Positions 37,280-45,470 of a stretch of DNA of 54,726 nt are shown here, one piece after another. The DNA comes from an uncultured Candidatus Actinomarina sp. GTDB taxonomy: Bacteria; Actinomycetota; Acidimicrobiia; Actinomarinales; Actinomarinaceae. Within the stretch, counting starts at the first letter, position 1. Each line of letters begins with the position of its first letter. The stretch spans positions 1 through 54,726 of the forward strand of contig CACOKA010000003.1 of assembly GCA_902627635.1 (NCBI GenBank), written 5' to 3'. The translations under genes were made by a program, and so were the position numbers. The notes under the pieces are model-generated. The model ran no database searches and had not been told where the DNA came from. It worked only from the letters and a program-made list of their open reading frames with translations.

Positions 37280-38542
37280 CTACGGAAATAATCCTCTAGT
37301 TAATTTTGCAGCAGCCACTTTTTTAATTCCTTTTATTAAAGCAGCTGTTCTTAAGTCAACTTTATTTTTTTCAGAAATAATCCATACCTCTTCAAAGGCT
37401 GAGGTTAGAACATCGATCAATCGTTCATGTAGTTCTTTTTCTTTCCATAAATAGTTTTGTGTATTTTGAACCCATTCAAAATAACTAGCAGTAACGCCGC
37501 CTGCATTAGCAAGAATATCAGGTATTAGTAAAACTCCATTTTCCCTAAGTATTTTATCTGCACTAAGAGTTGTTGGAGAATTTGCGCCCTCAGCAATAAT
37601 TTTTGCTTTAATATTTTCTGCGTTATTTGATGTTATAACACCGCCAACAGCGGCAGGAATCAAAATATCACAATCAATTTCCAAAATTTCATCGTCAAAA
37701 TTGTCGGCACCATCAAAATCCTTTACAGTTTTATTTTTAGCTGTGTGTTTAAAAAGTTCAGGAATATTAATTCCATCCTTATTATAAATAGCACCGCCTA
37801 GATCATTTACAGCAATCACTTTTGCTCCTCTTTCGTATGAGTCAAGAGCTGCATACCGCCCAACATTTCCAAATCCTTGGATAACAATTGTTGAGTTTTC
37901 ATATTGTAAATTTAATTTATTTAAAGCTGCGTTTGCAATGGCTATAACACCTCTTCCGGTTGCTTCTCTTCTTGTGATAGAACCACCAAGTGAAGCTGGT
38001 TTTCCAGTTACAATTCCTGGTTGTGGTGACCCAACGAAATTACTGTAGGTATCCATGATCCATGCCATAGTCTGTTCATCTGTTCCAAGGTCTGGACCTG
38101 GAATATCCTTATCAACACCAATCAATGGTAATAATTCAGCCGTGTATCTTCTTGTTACTCTTTGTTTCTCTTGTTTTGAAAGGGGGTTTGGATCAATTGC
38201 AACACCACCCTTTGCTCCACCATAAGGTAAACCTACTATTGCTGACTTCCATGACATCAAAATTGCCAGTGCTGTAACCTCTCCTAAATTTACATTTGAA
38301 GCATATCTAATACCACCTTTAGTTGGTCCCATTGATAAAACATGTTGTACTCGATATCCAATTACAGTTTCTACCTCATCATACTCATCTCTTCTGAATG
38401 GAAATGTCACTGTAAGTGCTCTTTGAGGGAGTTTCAATCTTTCTTTAATATTTGAATCAAGATTAATGAATTCAGTTACTTCATCATATTGCTTGATGAC
38501 CTCTCTATACATGCCTGACTCGAAAAGGTCTGAATTACTCAT
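37280..38542 (-). CDS. gdhA: Glutamate dehydrogenase (Glu/Leu/Phe/Val family)
   Basis: GPTKGGIRY, GGAKGG, DIPGPDLGT, GFGNVG, EGANSP, PDILANAGGVTASYFEW. Confidence 0.93.
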   Translation of the reverse strand: MSNSDLFESGMYREVIKQYDEVTEFINLDSNIKERLKLPQRALTVTFPFRRDEYDEVETVIGYRVQHVLSMGPTKGGIRYASNVNLGEVTALAILMSWKSAIVGLPYGGAKGGVAIDPNPLSKQEKQRVTRRYTAELLPLIGVDKDIPGPDLGTDEQTMAWIMDTYSNFVGSPQPGIVTGKPASLGGSITRREATGRGVIAIANAALNKLNLQYENSTIVIQGFGNVGRYAALDSYERGAKVIAVNDLGGAIYNKDGINIPELFKHTAKNKTVKDFDGADNFDDEILEIDCDILIPAAVGGVITSNNAENIKAKIIAEGANSPTTLSADKILRENGVLLIPDILANAGGVTASYFEWVQNTQNYLWKEKELHERLIDVLTSAFEEVWIISEKNKVDLRTAALIKGIKKVAAAKLTRGLFP

Positions 38543-38595
38543 TACATGGCTATATTATTCTAAAAAACAACTTGTTGTATGTTTTTTTACATTTT

Positions 38596-38618
38596 TTGTC
38601 ATATCCGTTTTCTATTAT
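38596..38618 (+). promoter_or_regulatory. Promoter with PafBC/RecA-NDp-like geometry: tTGTCA-N11-TATTAT
   Basis: TGTCA 38597-38601, 11-nt spacer, TATTAT 38613-38618, then 7 nt to ATG 38626. Confidence 0.5.
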
Positions 38619-38625
38619 TTCTTTT

Positions 38626-38742
38626 ATGAAAAATAACAAAATTGAAGATATTCTTAAATCATGCGGATTGGAAGCAGTGATTGTTTGCTACCAACATAAT
38701 GACAGCTGTAAATGTCATGAAGATTATAGAAAAGCCGCTTAG
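38626..38742 (+). CDS. Cys/His-rich micro-protein, 38 aa, ending in -AA (not in ORF track)
   Basis: MKNNKIEDILKSCGLEAVIVCYQHNDSCKCHEDYRKAA*; ATG at leaderless distance from the -10 box; stop lies just before the SD of the next gene. Confidence 0.6.
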   Translation: MKNNKIEDILKSCGLEAVIVCYQHNDSCKCHEDYRKAA

Positions 38743-38755
38743 TTTAGGAGTAAAT

Positions 38756-39316
38756 ATGAGTAATAATTTAGATGAAATATTGTCTTTAACAAAAGAGATA
38801 ACATATCAGGATGGTGATGACTTTGATATTACTGTTACTGAATATGGAGAAGAACTTTCCAAAACAAACGATATTGAGTTCCTTTGGATAGCCAGAAATA
38901 CTAGCTCAACCGTAAAAAAAGCAACTACAAATATTAAGTCTTTTAATGATCAAAATATTGCAAAAAACGTTGAAGAAAATGGACCTGTAAGGCTTGGAGA
39001 TGAAGTATTTGTATTTAACAAATCTTACAATTGGAAAGTTCAAAATTTAAGAAAATTTATTGAGTGGATTATTGAAAAATCAGATAACAATGAAGAGCTA
39101 GTTGAATCATTACTTGCAATACTTGGACAAACCTTTGTTCCAAAATTAAAGGGACTTGATGCTTTTTCAAATTCTAAAAATATTAATCCTGAAATGATTC
39201 GTGACACTTTTTTGTATAAAGAATGGAAAGAAAAAGCTGACTTGAAGAGTATAAATACAAATAACAGCACCGCCCCAAAATGGGCAAAAGAGCTAGGTCA
39301 TAAAGAAAGGAAATAA
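38756..39316 (+). CDS. Hypothetical protein, phage recombination-module-like
   Basis: SD AGGAG at 38746-38750 before ATG 38756 (ORF-track start 38681 is probably too long); TAATG coupling to the Rad52-like gene. Confidence 0.75.
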   Translation: MSNNLDEILSLTKEITYQDGDDFDITVTEYGEELSKTNDIEFLWIARNTSSTVKKATTNIKSFNDQNIAKNVEENGPVRLGDEVFVFNKSYNWKVQNLRKFIEWIIEKSDNNEELVESLLAILGQTFVPKLKGLDAFSNSKNINPEMIRDTFLYKEWKEKADLKSINTNNSTAPKWAKELGHKERK

Positions 39317-39744
39317 TGAATCAATTATACGAACTATCAAGACAATTTCCAGATGAGTGGATAAAACCCGCTCCAAAAGGAAAATTTGGAAACTATATTC
39401 CACATTCTGTCATTACTCAAAGACTTCTAGAAGTATGTGGGCCTTTCAATTGGGAGGTTGTTCAATTAATCAGACAAGAAAATAATGGAAAAGTAGTTGG
39501 TTGCTTTGGCAAACTGACAACACAAATTGATGGTAAATCAGTAACCATAACATCTATTGGAGATGTTGAACACGATCAAGGAAGTGATGGTATGAATGCT
39601 AAACATGCTGAATCAGATGCCTTCAAAAGATGTGCTATGAAAGTTGGTCTTGGATTACATCTTTGGGCTGGTGAAGAATATTACTTAGATAAAAAACTTA
39701 GCGAAGCTGAAGGAAAGAAAAACATAAAGTTACAATCTGCTTAA
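39316..39744 (+). CDS. Rad52/Rad22-family single-strand annealing protein (Sak/DdrA-like core)
   Basis: YIPHSVITQRLLEVCGPFNW, beta-strand core, KHAESDAFKRCAMKVGLGLHLW, matching the family signature K.A.(S/T)DA.KR.....G.G..L. Confidence 0.82.
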   Translation: MNQLYELSRQFPDEWIKPAPKGKFGNYIPHSVITQRLLEVCGPFNWEVVQLIRQENNGKVVGCFGKLTTQIDGKSVTITSIGDVEHDQGSDGMNAKHAESDAFKRCAMKVGLGLHLWAGEEYYLDKKLSEAEGKKNIKLQSA

Positions 39745-40196
39745 CTCTGTATTTTTCCATCCCTTGATTCAATAAACATTGTTAAGGGGCCATCGTTAAC
39801 AAGTGAAACTTCCATTAAAGCACCAAAAATACCCTGCTTTACTGTACAACTATCAGAAAAAATCTGAGCAACATCATCGATCATTTCTTTTGCGATCTCA
39901 GGATCTTGAGAATTTATAAATGACGGCCTATTTCCTTTTTGAATATTTCCACTTAATGTGAATTGACTTACTAAAAGTATCTCTCCCCCTGCATCAATTA
40001 TTGATTTATTCATTTTTCCATTTTCATCAGAAAATATTCTTAAATTAATAATCTTCTTTGTCAAAGTTTCTATATCTTCTGAAGTATCACCTTTTTCGAT
40101 ACACCATAAAAGTAAATAACCACAGTCAATATTTGAAACTAAAGCGTTATCGACTTTCACAGAAGCAGATTTAACTCTTTGCAAAACAACTTTCAT
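39741..40196 (-). CDS. dtd: D-aminoacyl-tRNA deacylase
   Basis: MKVVLQRV, LRIFSD, VSQFTL, GNRPSF, NDGP. Confidence 0.96.
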   Translation of the reverse strand: MKVVLQRVKSASVKVDNALVSNIDCGYLLLWCIEKGDTSEDIETLTKKIINLRIFSDENGKMNKSIIDAGGEILLVSQFTLSGNIQKGNRPSFINSQDPEIAKEMIDDVAQIFSDSCTVKQGIFGALMEVSLVNDGPLTMFIESRDGKIQS

Positions 40197-40215
40197 AATA
40201 TTCTATGATAATTAT
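40197..40215. promoter_or_regulatory. 19-bp bidirectional leaderless promoter
   Basis: TATGAT(+, 40204-09) 6 nt before ATG 40216 overlaps TATCAT(-, 40210-05) 8 nt before the dtd ATG. Confidence 0.55.
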
Positions 40216-40635
40216 ATGGGATTAGATAAAAAAACGATTGCAATGGCAAAAGAGCCTAATTATGCAACTTTAACTACACTTTTTAAAAGTGGTGCCCCCC
40301 AGACACATGTAATGTGGGTTGACACAGATGGTGAAAATATCTTAATAAACACAGAAATCCACCGAAGAAAATATTTAAATGTTCAAGATGATCCAAGAGT
40401 TAATGTAATGATCTGGAAACATGACAATGAATTTAAATTTGTTGAAATTAGAGGTGAAGTAGTAGGTGAAATTACCGGGGAAGATGCTTTAAAAAATATT
40501 AATGATTTATCACACAAATATTGGAATAAACCATATCCATTCGAAATTCAATCTGAAAGAATAATTTTAAAAATAAAAGCTAAAAGAGAATTCTTTTTCA
40601 ACCTTAAAGATCAAGATTTTGAAGGTTTGTCGTAA
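40216..40635 (+). CDS. PPOX-class F420-dependent oxidoreductase (FDOR-B-like)
   Basis: ATLTTL..SGAPQTHVMWV, NT..RRKYLNV..DPRV, VEIRG, LSHKY. Confidence 0.85.
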   Translation: MGLDKKTIAMAKEPNYATLTTLFKSGAPQTHVMWVDTDGENILINTEIHRRKYLNVQDDPRVNVMIWKHDNEFKFVEIRGEVVGEITGEDALKNINDLSHKYWNKPYPFEIQSERIILKIKAKREFFFNLKDQDFEGLS

Positions 40636-41477
40636 TTATAAAAACCTTCTCCTGTTTTTACGCCCAATTTTCCGTCTTTAACTTTTTCTTCTAAAAATTT
40701 CTTGGGTTTATCTTTTAGATTTTTTGTCTCGTTATAGATTTTAAGTTTTGAATAGTAACTAATGTCCAATCCTGAGTAATCAGTCAATTCAAATGGGCCT
40801 AATGGATGGTTCAATCCTTTCTTAATAGCCAAGTCTATATCTTTGAAGTCGGCTATCCCCTCATCATATAGTTCGTAGGCCTCATCAACTAACGCACCTA
40901 ACATCCTGTTTACAATAAAGCCTGGGGTTTCTTTTTTTAACGTTACGACTGTCCTTCCCATTAAATTACTTAATTCTTTAGTCCTATCAACCACTTCTTT
41001 ATTAGTAGATTCTGGAAATGAGATTTCAATAAGATCCATTCTTAATGGTGGGTAGAAGAAATGCATGTTTATAAATCTTTCAGGATGTTTACAGTGTTGT
41101 GCAATTTCTGACGCAGCTATAAATGAACTATTTGTCGCAAGAACTACATCTTTATCAAGTATGTTTGAAATAGAGGCAAAAATATCTTTTTTTACGTCAA
41201 ACCTCTCAACCACTGCTTCTATTACAAATGTTTTATCATTTACTACTGTTTCGAGTGAATCATAAACTTTGAGATTTTGATTGTAATTATCTAAGTTTTC
41301 TTTTTGTAATAAGTCTTTAGATACTAAATTTTCAATATTGTCTTTAGTAAAAATTAATTTACTTTCTAAATATTCTTTATTGTTATCAAAGATACTCGTT
41401 TCATGACCAGACATTGCTGATAAAGCAGCAATCTGACTTCCCATTTGTCCACCACCAATAACAGCAACTTTTTCCAT
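40611..41477 (-). CDS. 3-hydroxyacyl-CoA (3-hydroxybutyryl-CoA) dehydrogenase
   Basis: GGGQMG, IEAVVE, ATNSS, MHFFYP, PGFIVNR, HPLGPFEL.D, GKLGVKTGEGFY. Confidence 0.92.
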   Translation of the reverse strand: MEKVAVIGGGQMGSQIAALSAMSGHETSIFDNNKEYLESKLIFTKDNIENLVSKDLLQKENLDNYNQNLKVYDSLETVVNDKTFVIEAVVERFDVKKDIFASISNILDKDVVLATNSSFIAASEIAQHCKHPERFINMHFFYPPLRMDLIEISFPESTNKEVVDRTKELSNLMGRTVVTLKKETPGFIVNRMLGALVDEAYELYDEGIADFKDIDLAIKKGLNHPLGPFELTDYSGLDISYYSKLKIYNETKNLKDKPKKFLEEKVKDGKLGVKTGEGFYNYDKPSKS

Positions 41478-41479
41478 AA

Positions 41480-42685
41480 TTATCTATGTTTGTTAATTTC
41501 TCTTCTTGCAATTGATCTTAAATGAACTTCATCTGGCCCATCTGCAATTCTTAATACTCGAGCTCCAGCAGACATTCTTGCCAATGGTGTATCTTGAGAT
41601 AACCCCATTGCACCATGTGTTTGTATAGCTTTATCAATTACATAAGAAGCAGCCTCAACAACAGATACTTTTATAGATGAGATTTCTATTTTTGCCTCTT
41701 CTTTACCAACTGTATCGATTAGCCAAGCAGTTTTTAAAGTAAGCAGTCTTGCTTCTTCTATTTTTATTCTTGACCGAGCAATCCAATCCTGAATAACACC
41801 CTGTTCAGCTAATTTTTGACCAAATGTTTCTCTTTCAAGTGAGCGATCAATCATCAGAGATAATGCTCTCTCTGCCATTCCTATAGCCCTCATGCAATGA
41901 TGTATTCTTCCAGGTCCAAGCCTTGCTTGTGCTATCTTAAAACCCATTCCCTCTCCCCCAATGATGTTAGATTTTGGAACAACAACATTTTCAAATAAAA
42001 GCTCTGGATGTCCTGTATATCCATCGTCATATCCGAATACTTGCATTGGTCTAATTATTGATAATCCTTCGCTATCCATAGGAACTAATACCTGACTTTG
42101 CCTCTGATATGGTGGACTATCTGGATTTGTTACGCCCATAAAGATACATATTTTTGCGTTTGGATTTATTGCGTTTGAAGTCCACCATTTTCGACCATTT
42201 ATTACATAATTATCTCCATCACTGACAATTGAACTTCCTATATTTGTAGCGTCTGAAGAGGCAACATTTGGCTCTGTCATTGCAAAGCATGATCTTATTT
42301 TGCCTTCGAGAAGCGGTTCAAGCCATTGTTTTTTTTGCTCTGCTGTTCCAAATTCATTTAAGATTTCCATGTTTCCTGTATCTGGGGCAGAACAATTAAA
42401 CACTTCTGGTGCCCACCAATTATGACCTGTGATTTCAGCTAATGGTGCATAATCAACATTTGATAATCCGTATCCATATTCATTATCAGGAAGAAATAAA
42501 TTCCACAAATTTTCACTTTTAGCTTTTGATTTAAGCTCCTCCAAAATTTCGGGAATATGTAGTGGATCTCCTGAGTCAATAATTGCTTTCTCATATAATT
42601 CCTCATTTGGATAAATATGATCAGAAAAAAAAGTTTTTAGCTTATCTTGTAATTCAAGTGACTCTTTAGAGAAATTAAAATCCAT
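41480..42685 (-). CDS. Acyl-CoA dehydrogenase, ACAD10/11 (LvaC-like) subfamily
   Basis: FNCSAPDTGNME, AMTEPNVASSDATNI, QARLGPGRIHHCMR, LRIADGPDEVH. Confidence 0.92.
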   Translation of the reverse strand: MDFNFSKESLELQDKLKTFFSDHIYPNEELYEKAIIDSGDPLHIPEILEELKSKAKSENLWNLFLPDNEYGYGLSNVDYAPLAEITGHNWWAPEVFNCSAPDTGNMEILNEFGTAEQKKQWLEPLLEGKIRSCFAMTEPNVASSDATNIGSSIVSDGDNYVINGRKWWTSNAINPNAKICIFMGVTNPDSPPYQRQSQVLVPMDSEGLSIIRPMQVFGYDDGYTGHPELLFENVVVPKSNIIGGEGMGFKIAQARLGPGRIHHCMRAIGMAERALSLMIDRSLERETFGQKLAEQGVIQDWIARSRIKIEEARLLTLKTAWLIDTVGKEEAKIEISSIKVSVVEAASYVIDKAIQTHGAMGLSQDTPLARMSAGARVLRIADGPDEVHLRSIARREINKHR

Positions 42686-42745
42686 TATTCTTATTGTATC
42701 AATTTAAACTTCTGAACCAAAAAACTTTCATTAATATGTTCTTAA

Positions 42746-43762
42746 ATGGACTTTTTTAATGAAAAACTTAAAAAATATATTTCTACAGTTGTAGATATTT
42801 CAGATGATTTTAATTTTGAACAATTTAAAGTAGGAAGATCTAACATTACATTCAAAATTTTTGATGATTCAAATTCATTTGTATTAAGAAGACCCCCATT
42901 CGGACTCAAATTAGAATCTGCACACAATATGGGTAGAGAGTACAAAATACTAAAAGTTCTAAATAAAAATGGTTTAAGGGTTCCAAAACCATTGTATCTA
43001 TATGACAAGATGGAGCTATCTTCAGATGATTTTTATATTATGGAATTTATTGAGGGTGAGACGATAGCTAACTACCAAGTAGCAGATAGCTATGACCAAA
43101 TACAAAAAAAAATAATTACTGAATCATTTATAAAAGCTCTTACAGAAATACATAATTTTGATGTTTTAAGTTCAGAATTAAGTGATTTGGGAAAACATGA
43201 GGATTATGTTGTACGACAAATTAACAGATGGAATAAACAATTCCAATCTCAAAAAGTTAGGGAGATAAAAGAATTAGAAAGTGCCACTAATTTACTTCTT
43301 GAAAACATACCTTCCCAACAAACTGTTGGAATAGTTCATGGAGATTACAGATTAGACAATGTACGAGTAAACAATAACGAAGTAACTGCCGTACTGGATT
43401 GGGAACTTTGCACTTTAGGAGACCCCCTTGCAGACATGGGGACAGTCATAGCATCTTGGAATACAAAGAAGGAAAAAGACTCACCATTTATCTATTCGCC
43501 TACCCTTTCAGACGGATTTCCCTCACGCAAGGATGTTATTGAATTATATTTAAATAATTCAAATCTAGATTTAAAAGATATTGAATTTTATACAAGGTTG
43601 TCTTATTGGAAACATGCAATGATTATGGAGGGGGTTTACATAAGATATTCTATGGGATCATATGGAAAAACAAATGAAAATGAAATAGAATCATTTAAGA
43701 ACAGTACAATAAAGTTTGCAAATAAAGCTACGAATAAAAATTTATTAGAGGAGATAACATGA
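42746..43762 (+). CDS. APH-like phosphotransferase (ACAD10/11 N-terminal kinase / LvaA-like)
   Basis: GRSNIT, VLRRPP, SAHNMGRE, VHGDYRLDN, VLDWELCTLGDPLAD. Confidence 0.9.
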   Translation: MDFFNEKLKKYISTVVDISDDFNFEQFKVGRSNITFKIFDDSNSFVLRRPPFGLKLESAHNMGREYKILKVLNKNGLRVPKPLYLYDKMELSSDDFYIMEFIEGETIANYQVADSYDQIQKKIITESFIKALTEIHNFDVLSSELSDLGKHEDYVVRQINRWNKQFQSQKVREIKELESATNLLLENIPSQQTVGIVHGDYRLDNVRVNNNEVTAVLDWELCTLGDPLADMGTVIASWNTKKEKDSPFIYSPTLSDGFPSRKDVIELYLNNSNLDLKDIEFYTRLSYWKHAMIMEGVYIRYSMGSYGKTNENEIESFKNSTIKFANKATNKNLLEEIT

Positions 43763-44220
43763 TGATTGTACCTGCAGAAGAAATGGAAAAATATATTGGT
43801 CAAGAGGTTGGTGTTTCAGACTGGTTTGAAATAAATCAAGATAGGATAAATCAATTTGCAGAAGGTACAAACGATCATCAATTTATACATGTTGATGAAG
43901 AAATGGCTAAAAGTACACCATGGGGATCAACAATAGCTCACGGATTTTTGACATTGAGTATGATAACTTACTTATCTGTAGACAACACTGTTATGCCAGA
44001 GAATATACAAATGGCAATTAATTATGGGCTTGATAAGGTTCGTTTTATGGAAGCTGTTCCAGTAAATAGCAAAATAAGAGGAAGATTTGTTTTGTCAGAT
44101 GTTCAGTATAAAAAAGCTGGTAGATGGTTGGTAAAGCATACTGCTACAATTGAAATAGAAGGTAAGGATAAACCAGCAGCTATTGTTGAACCTTTAACTT
44201 TATTTGTAATTACAGAATAG
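43759..44220 (+). CDS. MaoC-family (R)-enoyl-CoA hydratase (NodN-like)
   Basis: [42 protein letters not shown]. Confidence 0.92.
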   Translation: MMIVPAEEMEKYIGQEVGVSDWFEINQDRINQFAEGTNDHQFIHVDEEMAKSTPWGSTIAHGFLTLSMITYLSVDNTVMPENIQMAINYGLDKVRFMEAVPVNSKIRGRFVLSDVQYKKAGRWLVKHTATIEIEGKDKPAAIVEPLTLFVITE

Positions 44221-44237
44221 AAGAAAGAAGACTAAAT

Positions 44238-45416
44238 ATGAGGGAAGCAGTAATTGTATCAGCAGCAAGAACACCTATTGGAAAAGCATACCGTGGGGCT
44301 TATAACAAAACAGATGCTCCTACATTGGGTTCTTATTCAATAAAAGAAGCTGTCGAAAGAGCAAAAGTTGATCCAAATGAAATAGAAGATGTCATTATGG
44401 GTTGTGCTCAACAACAAGGTTCACAAGCATTAAACATCGGAAGATTAAGTGGAATTGCAGCAGGGTTACCAATTACTGTTCCAGGAATGACTATTGATAG
44501 ACAATGTTCTTCTGGCCTAATGGCAATTGCTACTGGTGCAAAACAAATAATGACAGATAATATGAATGTTGTTGTAGCAGGTGGTGTTGAATCTATATCT
44601 TTAGTCCAAACTGCTGAATTACGATTTGCTCCAGACCCAAATGTCGTAAGACTTGCCGACAATGCTTATATGCCGATGATAGAAACTGCTGATTTTGTTG
44701 CTGAAAAATATAATATCTCAAGAGAGTATCAAGATGAATATTCATTACAAAGTCAACAAAGAACTGCAGCTGCTCAAGAAAGTAACAAGTTTGATGACGA
44801 AATTATTTCAACAAATACAACAAAGAGTGTAAAAAATAAAGAAACCGGTGAAGTTACCGATGAAGATGTTGAATTAACAAAAGATGAGGGAAATAGACCA
44901 GAGACAAATTTAGAAGGTCTTTCATCTCTACCTCCAGTTTACGGAGAAGGAAAATTCATTACAGCTGGTAATGCTTCTCAATTATCTGATGGTTCTGCTT
45001 CTGTTGTTTTAATGGAAGCAAGCGAAGCAGAAAAAAGAAGCTTGGAACCACTTGGATATTATAGAGGTATGACTGTTTCAGCACTAGCACCTGAAGAAAT
45101 GGGAATTGGTCCTGTATATGCAGTTCCAGATTTATTAAATAAATTTAATTTAAAAATTGAAGATATAGACCTTTGGGAGCTAAATGAAGCATTTGCTGTT
45201 CAAACTTTATACTGTAGAGATGAACTTGGTATAGACAACAGTATATATAACGTTAATGGTGGCTCAATATCAATTGGCCACCCATATGGAATGACTGGTG
45301 CAAGAATGACAATGCATGCACTAATAGAAGGTAAAAGAAGAAACGCAAAATTCGTGGTTGTGACTATGTGTGTCGGTGGTGGTATGGGTGCAGCTGGTCT
45401 ATTTGAGGTTATTTAG
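44238..45416 (+). CDS. Acetyl-CoA C-acyltransferase (thiolase)
   Basis: [50 protein letters not shown]. Confidence 0.96.
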   Translation: MREAVIVSAARTPIGKAYRGAYNKTDAPTLGSYSIKEAVERAKVDPNEIEDVIMGCAQQQGSQALNIGRLSGIAAGLPITVPGMTIDRQCSSGLMAIATGAKQIMTDNMNVVVAGGVESISLVQTAELRFAPDPNVVRLADNAYMPMIETADFVAEKYNISREYQDEYSLQSQQRTAAAQESNKFDDEIISTNTTKSVKNKETGEVTDEDVELTKDEGNRPETNLEGLSSLPPVYGEGKFITAGNASQLSDGSASVVLMEASEAEKRSLEPLGYYRGMTVSALAPEEMGIGPVYAVPDLLNKFNLKIEDIDLWELNEAFAVQTLYCRDELGIDNSIYNVNGGSISIGHPYGMTGARMTMHALIEGKRRNAKFVVVTMCVGGGMGAAGLFEVI

Positions 45417-45470
45417 GTCATAAATTTCTAACTAAATTTTAAATCACAATCTTACAATTTATAATGTTGT

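Noticed and set aside
38543-38625. LexA SOS box
   Set aside because: No GAAC-N4-GTTC; the short ACAAC-TT-GTTGT palindrome has the wrong sequence and spacing.
38626-38742. tmRNA tag reading frame (ends DYRKAA)
   Set aside because: No tRNA-like ends, T-arm or GC-rich stems; the ORF has its own ATG and promoter geometry.
38681-38755. ORF-track N-terminal extension of the 38756 gene
   Set aside because: A strong SD precedes ATG 38756, and the extension overlaps the better-supported micro-ORF in another frame.
38543-39744. Intact prophage or integrative element
   Set aside because: No integrase, flanking direct repeats, tRNA target or structural genes; the flanks are housekeeping genes.
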